From the NCBI GenBank assembly GCA_046758445.1, contig JBHIAE010000060.1:1-16351 (forward strand): 16,351 nucleotides of DNA, given 5' to 3'. The number at the start of each line of letters is the position of its first letter. Position 1 is the first letter of the stretch. The notes beneath the pieces were generated by a model. It saw nothing but the letters and a program-made list of their open reading frames with translations. It searched no databases and was not told where the DNA came from. Below, piece after piece: positions 7,517 to 15,681 of the stretch. Position numbers and translations under genes: made by a program. This DNA comes from Candidatus Thorarchaeota archaeon. Its GTDB lineage: Archaea > Asgardarchaeota > Thorarchaeia > Thorarchaeales > Thorarchaeaceae.

Positions 7517-8134
7517 TCAGTAGAGTACTATGTACGTTGGCCATGTGATGAGGACTCCCAGTATGACCCCGGCCGCGGCTTGGAGGAAGCTGTGTTGCCG
7601 AAGCCTGATTCTAGACCAGATGACGAGAGCCCACAGAATCACAACTGGAAGCGCCATCCATCCGTAAACCGCCAACAGGGCAGTTCCAGGACCACCAACC
7701 CCGGCTCCGTGAACTGATATCTTGCTTCTTTGGTTGACAATCAACACTCCGAGCGTGACGTTGAAGTATGCAGCCGCCAGGACTTGCAGTATCAGACAAC
7801 TAGTGAAGCCGAAAATTGCGATAGCGAATATGTAGCAAAGTAACGAGAACGCTAAGAACTTCGACCTGCTCTCTTGTACTGACACGTCGAGGTCCGTCCG
7901 CCCCTTCCATGCCGCGTAAACGATGGGCGCTATTGGCGCGACTACCATGATGATGACAACGACTAGCAGGGCAGATACGAAGTCAAGCATCGGACCAAGC
8001 CCGATCGGAGAGGCGTAGGCCATAATGGCCCCCACGTAGAGGTTCACGAGAGGAGCAGGTGTTAGACGGGAGATGATTCGAGCCAAGATGACTCCAGAGC
8101 CAGTCAATTCCAGAGTTTCGTCGTGGTATCTCAA
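7517..8134 (-). CDS. Multi-pass membrane protein, PAP2-like phosphoesterase family
   Basis: About 6-7 hydrophobic segments. KISVHG and WSRIRLRQHSFLQAAAG resemble the PAP2 C2 (SxH) and C3 (SRx5H) motifs. The C1 motif is not evident. Confidence 0.65.
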   Translation of the reverse strand: MRYHDETLELTGSGVILARIISRLTPAPLVNLYVGAIMAYASPIGLGPMLDFVSALLVVVIIMVVAPIAPIVYAAWKGRTDLDVSVQESRSKFLAFSLLCYIFAIAIFGFTSCLILQVLAAAYFNVTLGVLIVNQRSKISVHGAGVGGPGTALLAVYGWMALPVVILWALVIWSRIRLRQHSFLQAAAGVILGVLITWPTYIVLY

Positions 8135-8225
8135 GTTGCTCAGCTACCTTGTTCCCGGTGAGTTGACGCTTTCTTCAATGTTTTCGTGGCGCTCTTGGGA
8201 AATCCGACATCGCGGAGTCACATCA

Positions 8226-8245
8226 CGAGAAACCTTATTTTCTCG
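8226..8245. promoter_or_regulatory. Perfect 7-bp inverted repeat overlapping a BRE/TATA-like element in a divergent promoter region
   Basis: CGAGAAA-CCTTAT-TTTCTCG, 56 nt upstream of the roadblock ATG. Outer arms CGGAG (8213-8217) and CTCCG (8252-8256). Confidence 0.45.
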
Positions 8246-8301
8246 AAATCGCTCCGTTTGCAAGCAAGGAATGCAGAGAAACCCCATGGATGTGAGCTAT
8301 T

Positions 8302-8610
8302 ATGACAGCGGTACCAAAGCGGGAGGTCTTTGAACGGATAATTCAGAACATAACGAGTAAATTCCCTGACGTATACGCAGCTCTGTTCATTAGCCCCGAG
8401 GGCTTTCCCATCAATTCATGGGGAGTTTCACTTGAACGTGCAGAGGAGATCTCTGCCCTCCTCAGCGCTCTGATTGGCAAGACAAAGGAAGTAATCTTCC
8501 AAGTGAAGCAGGGCGGAGACCTTCAATTCATTCAGATACAGTCGAGCCTTGGAGGAATACGCATCGCGCCTCAAGAGGAGTTCATTCTTGTCACCATGAC
8601 GAAGAGCTGA
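8302..8610 (+). CDS. Roadblock/LC7 (MglB/LAMTOR-like) domain protein
   Basis: 102 aa with the typical pattern VYAALFISPEGFPINS, helix EISALLSALIGKTKEV, and strands GDLQFIQIQS..GGIRIAP..EFILVTMT. Confidence 0.88.
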   Translation: MTAVPKREVFERIIQNITSKFPDVYAALFISPEGFPINSWGVSLERAEEISALLSALIGKTKEVIFQVKQGGDLQFIQIQSSLGGIRIAPQEEFILVTMTKS

Positions 8611-8658
8611 AATCTATACTCCATTTCGTAGATAGGGAGACTAATTAGCTATACTTGG

Positions 8659-9609
8659 ATGGCTCAATTGTGCTTGACCTTGACTTCAGAAGCATTCAGA
8701 ACCAGGGATCTCACGAAACTCTACGGTTCAACCTTGGCGTTGGACAAGGTCACGGTTAAGGCTCCCAAGAAAGCTGTAGGATTGTTGGGTCCCAATGGTG
8801 CCGGTAAGACTACACTAATTCGAATCCTCATGGGCATAATACGTCACTCGTCTGGCTCGGGAGGGGTGCTTGGCCTAGATTTCAAAGACTCAGTTCAAGA
8901 GATACGTGATCGTGTGGGATACTCACCCGAGTTCACGCCAATCATTCCGGAAGTCAGTGCCATGAAGTACGTCACATTTATGGGTAGGCTTTCAGGGTTG
9001 CCGTCTGTAGAAGCCGCGCAGAGAGCACATGATACGCTTCACTACGTGGGTCTAGACGAGGAAAGATATCGTCCGTTGAAGGAATTCAGCGCGGGCATGA
9101 TGCAGAAATGTAAGCTGGCTGCAGCACTTGTTCATGATCCAGAACTGGTGATTCTAGATGAACCGACGGACGGTCTAGACCCAACTGGTCGTCACCAGAT
9201 GCTTGAACTGATTCAGAAACTCTACAGGGAAGAAGAAAAGAGTCTGATAGTGTCGTCCCATCTTCTGTTTGATGTTGAGAAGGTGTGTGACTGGGTTGTT
9301 ATACTTGGTAGAGGACAAGTTGTTACCACTGGCAACATGGACGAGCTTCTTGCCGACACCACAGGAATGCTGAGGTTGAAGATTGCCGGAGATGCAGAAG
9401 AGTTTGCGAAGAAGCTGACGGCACGCGGGCTAGATACCCAGGTTGAAGGTGCCTTTGTAGATGTGAAGAAGTCAGACGGCACCGAGATGATAGTCCTCGA
9501 AGAAGTGAACAAGGACTCTTCGGTGAGCCTCCGCTACATGGGACGACGAACGCAGACGCTGGAGGACGTGTTTGTGTCATTGGTTGAAGGGAGGAGTGAC
9601 ATGGAATGA
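8659..9609 (+). CDS. ABC-2 type transporter ATP-binding protein
   Basis: Walker A GPNGAGKT, signature FSAGM, Walker B VILDEPT, H-loop SSH. The true start may be TTG 8674 or 8680. Confidence 0.95.
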   Translation: MAQLCLTLTSEAFRTRDLTKLYGSTLALDKVTVKAPKKAVGLLGPNGAGKTTLIRILMGIIRHSSGSGGVLGLDFKDSVQEIRDRVGYSPEFTPIIPEVSAMKYVTFMGRLSGLPSVEAAQRAHDTLHYVGLDEERYRPLKEFSAGMMQKCKLAAALVHDPELVILDEPTDGLDPTGRHQMLELIQKLYREEEKSLIVSSHLLFDVEKVCDWVVILGRGQVVTTGNMDELLADTTGMLRLKIAGDAEEFAKKLTARGLDTQVEGAFVDVKKSDGTEMIVLEEVNKDSSVSLRYMGRRTQTLEDVFVSLVEGRSDME

Positions 9610-10607
9610 GCGAGCAAGAAACTGATGACAGCTATGTCCGGAAGTTTGGCTTCAGACGTTTCACTGGCGTCAGAAAGGCCAGATGGTACAGGGTCATGAC
9701 AGTGGCATGGTTCAACCTTAGAGAGGCAGTACGTAGGTCCGGTTTCACCAAGCTGCTCCTCGTGTTCATGTTATTCACAATCTTGGCGCAGGATATAGTA
9801 ATCATTGCCCTGTCAACGTTCTCTCCTTTTATTGGCCCCGGATTGGACGTTACAGAGCTATTCCGCCACTCATATGCAGACTCAGTCATTGGCATGGTAT
9901 CTCTGATCAATCGTGTGAGTGTGATCCCTCCCGACATCTTCGGACCTTTCGGACTCATGCTACCTCTGTCGCTCACTTCAGGCGGAATCAGCTTCATGTG
10001 GTTGCTGTTGATGGCTATGGTGGGTGGAGGTCTAATTGCAGATGATAGACTTCACCAGACAACAGAAGTCTACTTTGCTAGGATTTCCAGGTTCGAGTAT
10101 GTCATTGGAAAGCTAACTAGTCTAATCCTCTTCTCAGTCATCGTCATTATGCTCCCGGCAGTTGTTCAATACTTCCTGTTGAACTACGGCCTAGGCACAG
10201 ATGTCTTCGCCAGCCTCGACTTGCTCTTATGGGCGGTTGGTTTCACACTTCTGGCAGCCTTGATCGTTAGTGTCTTGACAATAGCCCTTTCAAGCCTGAC
10301 AAAAAGAAGAGCCGTTGCAACCCTCACGCTATTCATTGCTGCAATCATCATGTCAAGCTTCTACACAGCAGTCGCTCTCGCATGGAACCAATCCGAATCA
10401 CTCCTCATCCTTATGGACTTCATTGGAGCTCTATCTCTGTTTGGTGCAATGATGCTCGGGTACTCCGAGGTTACAGTTAATGGATACAACGTGTACTTCT
10501 TCAATGAGATAGGTGTAGAAGCGATCATGGTGGTTGGTGTTGTAGCTGCCACTCTCCTTCTTGGGATTCTGGCCCTTGTACTGACTCTATTCAGGAGGGA
10601 CAACTAA
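9606..10607 (+). CDS. ABC-2 type transporter permease
   Basis: Multiple TM segments, motif GGGLIADDR...YFARISRFEYVIGK, and an ATGA overlap with the upstream ATPase. Confidence 0.88.
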   Translation: MSEQETDDSYVRKFGFRRFTGVRKARWYRVMTVAWFNLREAVRRSGFTKLLLVFMLFTILAQDIVIIALSTFSPFIGPGLDVTELFRHSYADSVIGMVSLINRVSVIPPDIFGPFGLMLPLSLTSGGISFMWLLLMAMVGGGLIADDRLHQTTEVYFARISRFEYVIGKLTSLILFSVIVIMLPAVVQYFLLNYGLGTDVFASLDLLLWAVGFTLLAALIVSVLTIALSSLTKRRAVATLTLFIAAIIMSSFYTAVALAWNQSESLLILMDFIGALSLFGAMMLGYSEVTVNGYNVYFFNEIGVEAIMVVGVVAATLLLGILALVLTLFRRDN

Positions 10608-11548
10608 TGGCGGCCATAGTGATCAAGGAGGCATCCAAGCGCTACGGCGAGGTCGTCGCGATTAGCAGCTTCAACATGGCTGTCCGAAAGGGCTCAATTA
10701 CGGGGTTCGTCGGTCCCAACGGTGCGGGAAAGACAACCACCATCAGGCTCATCACAGGGCTCGCCCGACCAGATAGCGGAAGCGCACAAGTGTTTGGTGA
10801 GAACCCCTTCGACAATATTCGCGTGAAGGAAGAGATTGGCTATGTATCGGAGCATGACGATCTCTACCCATGGGCAACTGTTAGAAGTTCAGTCAAGATG
10901 CTTGCCCGTATCAACCGACCGGGAGGCAAGACCGATGAGGCCGTTGATTGGGCAATCTCAAATGTTGGAATGAGCAAATTCACTGAGAGGAAGATATCTA
11001 CACTGTCAAAGGGAATGAAACAGAGGACAAAGATTGCTGCGGCGTTGGCCCATTCGCCGAAGCTGCTGGTCCTCGACGAACCTCTTGGTGGTCTGGACCC
11101 CCTGGGTCGCCGAACCATAATGGAACTTCTTCAAGAGATCAATGCAGAGAGAGGTGTCACAATCTTGATCTCAAGTCATGTCCTCGAGGAACTAGAACAT
11201 CTAGCAAACAGGATTACTCTCATACATCGGGGACAGACCGTCGCGGAGGGCAATCCCCACAGGATAAGGAGTCTGCTGTATCAGTATCCCCATGAGATTC
11301 AGTTTCATTCAACACCAGAGAATATGAAACGAATCGCGAGCGGACTAATGGAGCTTGATGGACTTGTAAGGTCCTTGACTTTGTCCGAAGTGAAGGATGG
11401 GCTGATACATTGCACAGTTGTGACACCTCGACCTGAAATGTTCTACGACGAGCTAGTGCGCATTGCAGTGAAGAAGAAAGCTCCGATCCTTCGGGTCGAC
11501 ACACTCTCTGAAAGTGTAGAGAGGCTGTTTGAGTTCCTTGTATCGTGA
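10607..11548 (+). CDS. ABC-2 type transporter ATP-binding protein
   Basis: GPNGAGKT, LSKGMKQR, LVLDEP, SSH, and a TAATG overlap with the upstream permease. Confidence 0.95.
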   Translation: MAAIVIKEASKRYGEVVAISSFNMAVRKGSITGFVGPNGAGKTTTIRLITGLARPDSGSAQVFGENPFDNIRVKEEIGYVSEHDDLYPWATVRSSVKMLARINRPGGKTDEAVDWAISNVGMSKFTERKISTLSKGMKQRTKIAAALAHSPKLLVLDEPLGGLDPLGRRTIMELLQEINAERGVTILISSHVLEELEHLANRITLIHRGQTVAEGNPHRIRSLLYQYPHEIQFHSTPENMKRIASGLMELDGLVRSLTLSEVKDGLIHCTVVTPRPEMFYDELVRIAVKKKAPILRVDTLSESVERLFEFLVS

Positions 11549-12360
11549 GGTGGAAATGGTTGAATGTGGAATCAGTTCAAACATCGCCTGGTCGAACTGG
11601 GATTGGAGGCTCTCTTCGCAATGTGCTAACGAGAGGGGCCTATGTGTTCTGGATCTTCATAACGGCCTTTGTCAAGGACCGCAAGAGTCACCTCTTGATT
11701 ATCCTTGGACTGCTTCCGGCTGCGGTCCTGTTATCCACAGGGATGGTTCCCAATGATCCGTTTCCTGCCCGTATGTTCTTCGTGGACCTCACCCAGTCGC
11801 TGTACATATCGTTGCTCATCCCTCTCTTCGGACTGTTACTAGGAACAGCGGCTCTGACTGACGAGATTGAATCGCACACGATCGTTCAGCTTGTGAGTCG
11901 ACCAGTGAGAAGAGTAGAGATACTGGTCTGGCGCTATCTAGCAACTATTGTCGCTGGGACACTTGTGGCAATCATTGCTACGAGCGGCTTCTACCTGACC
12001 ATTAGTCTAACAGCTCCGATACCAGTAGAGATGCTCACTGGCTTTTGGGGAGTATGTTTTGTTTGCACTGCTGTCTATTGTTCAATCTTCATTCTCCTTG
12101 GCGTAGCAATCAAAAGACCTCTCATCTGGGGTGTGGTGATTACGCTCTATGAGCAGCTCCTTGGAGTTCTTGCGGTATTCTTTGGTGGAGCTGCATTCTC
12201 ACTGTCTGGGCACATACTCCATGTTGGGACCCAGCTTGTTGACTACCCTTACTCGATACAAGACTGGACCCCATTCAACTCTGGGCTGCTGCTTGTAGTA
12301 ATAACCATAGCAAGTATCGTCATCTCGACAATCATCTTTCGACAGAAGGATTTGGCCTAG
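11545..12360 (+). CDS. ABC-2 type transporter permease
   Basis: About 6 TM segments, LTDEIESHTIVQLVSRPVRRVEILVWRY, C-terminal FRQKDL. The start may be TTG 11560 (GAGGTG at 11547-11552). Confidence 0.88.
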   Translation: MRWKWLNVESVQTSPGRTGIGGSLRNVLTRGAYVFWIFITAFVKDRKSHLLIILGLLPAAVLLSTGMVPNDPFPARMFFVDLTQSLYISLLIPLFGLLLGTAALTDEIESHTIVQLVSRPVRRVEILVWRYLATIVAGTLVAIIATSGFYLTISLTAPIPVEMLTGFWGVCFVCTAVYCSIFILLGVAIKRPLIWGVVITLYEQLLGVLAVFFGGAAFSLSGHILHVGTQLVDYPYSIQDWTPFNSGLLLVVITIASIVISTIIFRQKDLA

Positions 12361-12484
12361 CGGGATTCCCATGAGTTCTCAATGAACATTCAGAGATCAG
12401 TGCTAGTACATTTGACAGAAGAGTACCAATCCTGCGTCCGTACAACCTTAAGACAGCATCACTCGGTAGTTCGACTAGTGCCAT

Positions 12485-12492
12485 TTTTATAT
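12485..12492 (+). promoter_or_regulatory. Candidate TATA box of radA
   Basis: TTTTATAT in the intergenic region, about 84 nt upstream of ATG 12576. Confidence 0.5.
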
Positions 12493-12575
12493 CTAGAAAG
12501 ACGACTACAGCATGTTCACGTGCTTGGCGAAATCTACGCGCAATGATTGTCAGGCATTTGAGGGAGGTCTACAGG

Positions 12576-13628
12576 ATGTCACGACGGAAGAAGGAAGCTG
12601 ATAAAGAGCAGGAAGAGGACGTAGATTACGAGGATTTTGAGCAAGGAGAGTTGGAAGAAGCCGCTCCTGGCATCGGTGAAGAAGGGGCGTTGGGTCTGGA
12701 TGTCACTGACCTCCCGGGTGTTGGCCCGGCAATTGCGAAGCGGCTCTCTGAATCCGGGTACAGGAGTGTCGAGGCCATTGCAGTGGCATCGCCCGCGGAA
12801 CTTGCGGCTGCAGGTTCCATAGGAGAAACGACTTCAACCAAGATAATCAAAGCTGCCCGTGAGATGCTTGACATTGGTTTCGAAACCGCTGATCAGCTTC
12901 TTGAGAGAAGGAGAGCAGCCGGAAGGATCACAACCGGCTCCAACGCCCTCGATGAACTCTTTGCAGGGGGGCTTGAAACCCAAAGCATCACAGAAATGTA
13001 CGGCTCTTTCAGATCCGGAAAGACTCAGATGGCCCATCAGCTTGCAGTCAACGTACAGAGAGATCCAGAAGATGGTGGCCTCTCGGCCACAGCGATATAC
13101 GTGGACACAGAAGGCACATTCAGGCCAGAGCGCTTGGTGGACATGGCTGAAGCCTACGGCATGGATCCGGCCAAGGTGTTGAAGAATGTTGTCTGGGCAC
13201 GAGCCTACAACTCAGACCACCAGATTCTTCTATGCGATCAAGCGATGGAAATGGCGCCTGACAATAATGCGAAACTGCTAGTACTGGACTCAGTGACAAG
13301 TCATTTCAGGGCAGAGTATACCGGCCGAGGGACGTTGGCTGCAAGGCAACAGAAGCTGAACAAGCACCTGCACCATCTACAGAGAGGTGCCGAGATCAAC
13401 AATTTGGCGGTCTACATAACGAACCAGGTTATGTCGAGACCTGATGCTTTCTTCGGAGATCCGACAACACCAGTTGGCGGACATGTTCTCGCTCACGTTC
13501 CTCAGACACGTTGCTATCTCAGGAAGTCGAAAGGTGAGAGACGGATCTGTAGGCTTGTGGACTCACCAAATCTGCCCGAAGGGGAGGCAGTCTTCACAGT
13601 CACGAAAGACGGAATCAGAGACGTGTGA
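12576..13628 (+). CDS. radA: DNA repair and recombination protein RadA
   Basis: N-terminal HhH domain (DLPGVG...SGY), FETA polymerisation motif, Walker [21 protein letters not shown], Walker [49 protein letters not shown] 12576 is preferred over 12543 because GGAGGT lies at 12563-12568. Confidence 0.97.
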   Translation: MSRRKKEADKEQEEDVDYEDFEQGELEEAAPGIGEEGALGLDVTDLPGVGPAIAKRLSESGYRSVEAIAVASPAELAAAGSIGETTSTKIIKAAREMLDIGFETADQLLERRRAAGRITTGSNALDELFAGGLETQSITEMYGSFRSGKTQMAHQLAVNVQRDPEDGGLSATAIYVDTEGTFRPERLVDMAEAYGMDPAKVLKNVVWARAYNSDHQILLCDQAMEMAPDNNAKLLVLDSVTSHFRAEYTGRGTLAARQQKLNKHLHHLQRGAEINNLAVYITNQVMSRPDAFFGDPTTPVGGHVLAHVPQTRCYLRKSKGERRICRLVDSPNLPEGEAVFTVTKDGIRDV

Positions 13629-13635
13629 GCAGGTC

Positions 13636-13674
13636 ACACTACTAGGGTGTATGGCGGGGTCCTGGAAACTCCGC
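13636..13674. terminator. Two small hairpins between convergent radA and reductase genes
   Basis: ACAC-N7-GTGT (13636-13650) and GCGGGGT-CCTGGAA-ACTCCGC (13654-13674, one G-U pair). Confidence 0.3.
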
Positions 13675-13676
13675 AC

Positions 13677-15032
13677 CTACTGAAAGTCAGCAGAACGAAT
13701 GATGTCCAGTACAGTCGCGTTCCATCGTTCTAGACCGTCTGGCTTTGCTGGATATGAGTCGTAGAGCCTTGATATGTTCTTCATTAGCCTTGCAGCTTTC
13801 TGGAGACTCCTCAGCAGACTGACTCTTCCCATGCCTCTCTTGAACCTCCGTATCTTGTCAATTGTCCCTAAGGAGATTCCGTCCCCCCTGTTTGCAGACA
13901 TGAGGTCTCCCGGCTCGAGAATCCTCTTCTCAAAACCGAAGTTCATGTCGTCGTCTGAAACAGATTGCAGAAGTTTCCGAAAGATCTCAAGTGATGCTAG
14001 GCGCTTTCCGAAACCTTTCATGTAACGAACATTATAGTGCCACAGACCAGATGCCTCAAGTTCATTCCTGGCTATAGCTCTCTTGGCGACCTCACCAAGG
14101 ATTATGCCTGCCCTCATTCCTGCACCTATGCCGCCCCCGTGAATCGGGTTGACTTGGGCGCCGGCATCTCCAACAAAAGCGACACCGTCCGCTACGAGTG
14201 ACATCAGAGGTCGTCTCACGGGCACGGCTCCTCCTGCGCCCTCAACCACTGTCGATCGGAACAGGAGAGGGTACTCCTTCTTGAACTTCTGGAAGTGTGA
14301 CTTGGGTGACCCCCTCCCAGTTCCACCTGTAATGCCAACTCCCGCATTCACCTCTTGGATTCCCTTTGGAAATATCCATGCATAGCCACTGGGAGCTAAT
14401 CGTCCACCCAGAAAGACTCTAGCAACTTCTGGTTCTGCGAGTGGCATCCTCAGCTTGAGTATCTCACGGTAGCACAGGGCGACATCTTCTTTGTCAATCA
14501 CTCTCTCCACCAATGGACTCTCTAGCTTATTCCTAATCACCCCTGCAAAACCACTGGCATCCACAACAAGCTTGGAGTGTACATTCTTCTCAATCCCGCC
14601 CTCTGACAAGTCCTTGTAGGTGACTCCGACTACTCTATCTTTGCGAATCAGGGGAGAACCCACATGGCATTGCGGCATGAAAAAAACGCCTGCATCGATC
14701 GCTTCTTGCAAGAGACGCTGACCAAAGCTTAGTCTGTCTACTGTCCATCCGTCAAACTCTGTCCATCCTCTAATCTTGAGTTCGTTCACCATATTGGGTG
14801 GATATACATCTGCTCCCGCAATTGCAGAGGATATCTCGGGACCTCTCGGGAACTCGATCCCTGTTGATTCGAAGTGTGATTTGCTTATCTCGTCCCCGCA
14901 AACCTTCTCGCCCACATTAGCTTGCGGCTTTCTATCAATCAGAAGTGTCTTGAGGCCCATCTCGGCGCATCGTCTGGCCGCTACACAGCCCGCCGAACCA
15001 GCACCCACAACAATCACACGAGGTCTCTTCAA
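13677..15032 (-). CDS. Geranylgeranyl reductase family FAD-dependent oxidoreductase (digeranylgeranylglycerophospholipid reductase-like)
   Basis: VVGAGSAG, KVCGD (CG motif), VVDASG, GYAWIFPKG (YxWxFP) and VGDAGAQVNPIHGGGI. Confidence 0.92.
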   Translation of the reverse strand: MKRPRVIVVGAGSAGCVAARRCAEMGLKTLLIDRKPQANVGEKVCGDEISKSHFESTGIEFPRGPEISSAIAGADVYPPNMVNELKIRGWTEFDGWTVDRLSFGQRLLQEAIDAGVFFMPQCHVGSPLIRKDRVVGVTYKDLSEGGIEKNVHSKLVVDASGFAGVIRNKLESPLVERVIDKEDVALCYREILKLRMPLAEPEVARVFLGGRLAPSGYAWIFPKGIQEVNAGVGITGGTGRGSPKSHFQKFKKEYPLLFRSTVVEGAGGAVPVRRPLMSLVADGVAFVGDAGAQVNPIHGGGIGAGMRAGIILGEVAKRAIARNELEASGLWHYNVRYMKGFGKRLASLEIFRKLLQSVSDDDMNFGFEKRILEPGDLMSANRGDGISLGTIDKIRRFKRGMGRVSLLRSLQKAARLMKNISRLYDSYPAKPDGLERWNATVLDIIRSADFQ

Positions 15033-15062
15033 GGTCTTTCGAATTCTACCGCTACCAGGGAG

Positions 15063-15069
15063 TTATAAA
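15063..15069 (-). promoter_or_regulatory. TATA box of the reductase gene
   Basis: TTTATAA on the minus strand, 30 nt upstream of TTG 15032, compatible with a very short or absent leader. Confidence 0.6.
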
Positions 15070-15076
15070 TACGCTC

Positions 15077-15106
15077 GTCAGATTGCCCAAAAAGACTGTC
15101 AGATTG
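15077..15106. repeat. 9-bp direct repeat GTCAGATTG x2 with 21-bp period
   Basis: Exact copies at 15077-15085 and 15098-15106, plus a partial GATTG at 15109-15113. Confidence 0.7.
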
Positions 15107-15120
15107 AGGATTGTTGGGGA

Positions 15121-15657
15121 CTACAAGTGTCGGAACTCAACTATCACAATCGAGATGATGAGTACGCCCAGTACAACGACAAGTAGCGGCGGCATCCAAT
15201 TCAGGAAGAGCCCCAAGTAGTAGACGAGCGTAGGAAGATCGAGGGCAATCACCACAAGAATAGCGTAGACAAATAGCAGACCTGAAGCTGCGAATATCGG
15301 GTAGAACAATGGTCCTCCACTTATCACCAACAGCAGAACTATGACCCCAAAGCGGCTCTTCACAGGATCAAGCAGTGGGAGAGGGATTGCCTCGTCGTCC
15401 CTGAACTGGAAGTAGTAGCTTATGAGCAATGTTGGTATTCGTATTCTGATTAGCTCCAAGACTTGGACACCTAGTTGAACCGAGAGCAAAATCACTGTGT
15501 GCAAGAGCATGTAGCCCAGAATGATCGCATTGATGGGAGGCAGGTCTTCTGAAAGTATCTGAAAGCTCTCAACTACTCCAACAAAAACGAAGAAGTTGAT
15601 GACAAAGAGAGCAAGATGTCCAAGTGCTCCTTTAACAACTTGACTGCGCGCCACCAA
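15121..15657 (-). CDS. Uncharacterised multi-pass membrane protein
   Basis: 178 aa with 4-5 strongly hydrophobic segments. It fills the gap between neighbours and starts 24 nt after the GTPase stop. Family not recognised. Confidence 0.78.
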   Translation of the reverse strand: MVARSQVVKGALGHLALFVINFFVFVGVVESFQILSEDLPPINAIILGYMLLHTVILLSVQLGVQVLELIRIRIPTLLISYYFQFRDDEAIPLPLLDPVKSRFGVIVLLLVISGGPLFYPIFAASGLLFVYAILVVIALDLPTLVYYLGLFLNWMPPLLVVVLGVLIISIVIVEFRHL

Positions 15658-15681
15658 TCTTAATCAGTCCGAGAAAAGCCA

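Noticed and set aside
12361-12575. tRNA or ncRNA in the ABC-radA intergenic region
   Set aside because: Only short imperfect stems are present, with no cloverleaf. The region is adequately explained as the radA promoter and leader.
12576-13628. Intein in radA
   Set aside because: The protein is 350 aa and collinear across Walker A, the usual insertion region.
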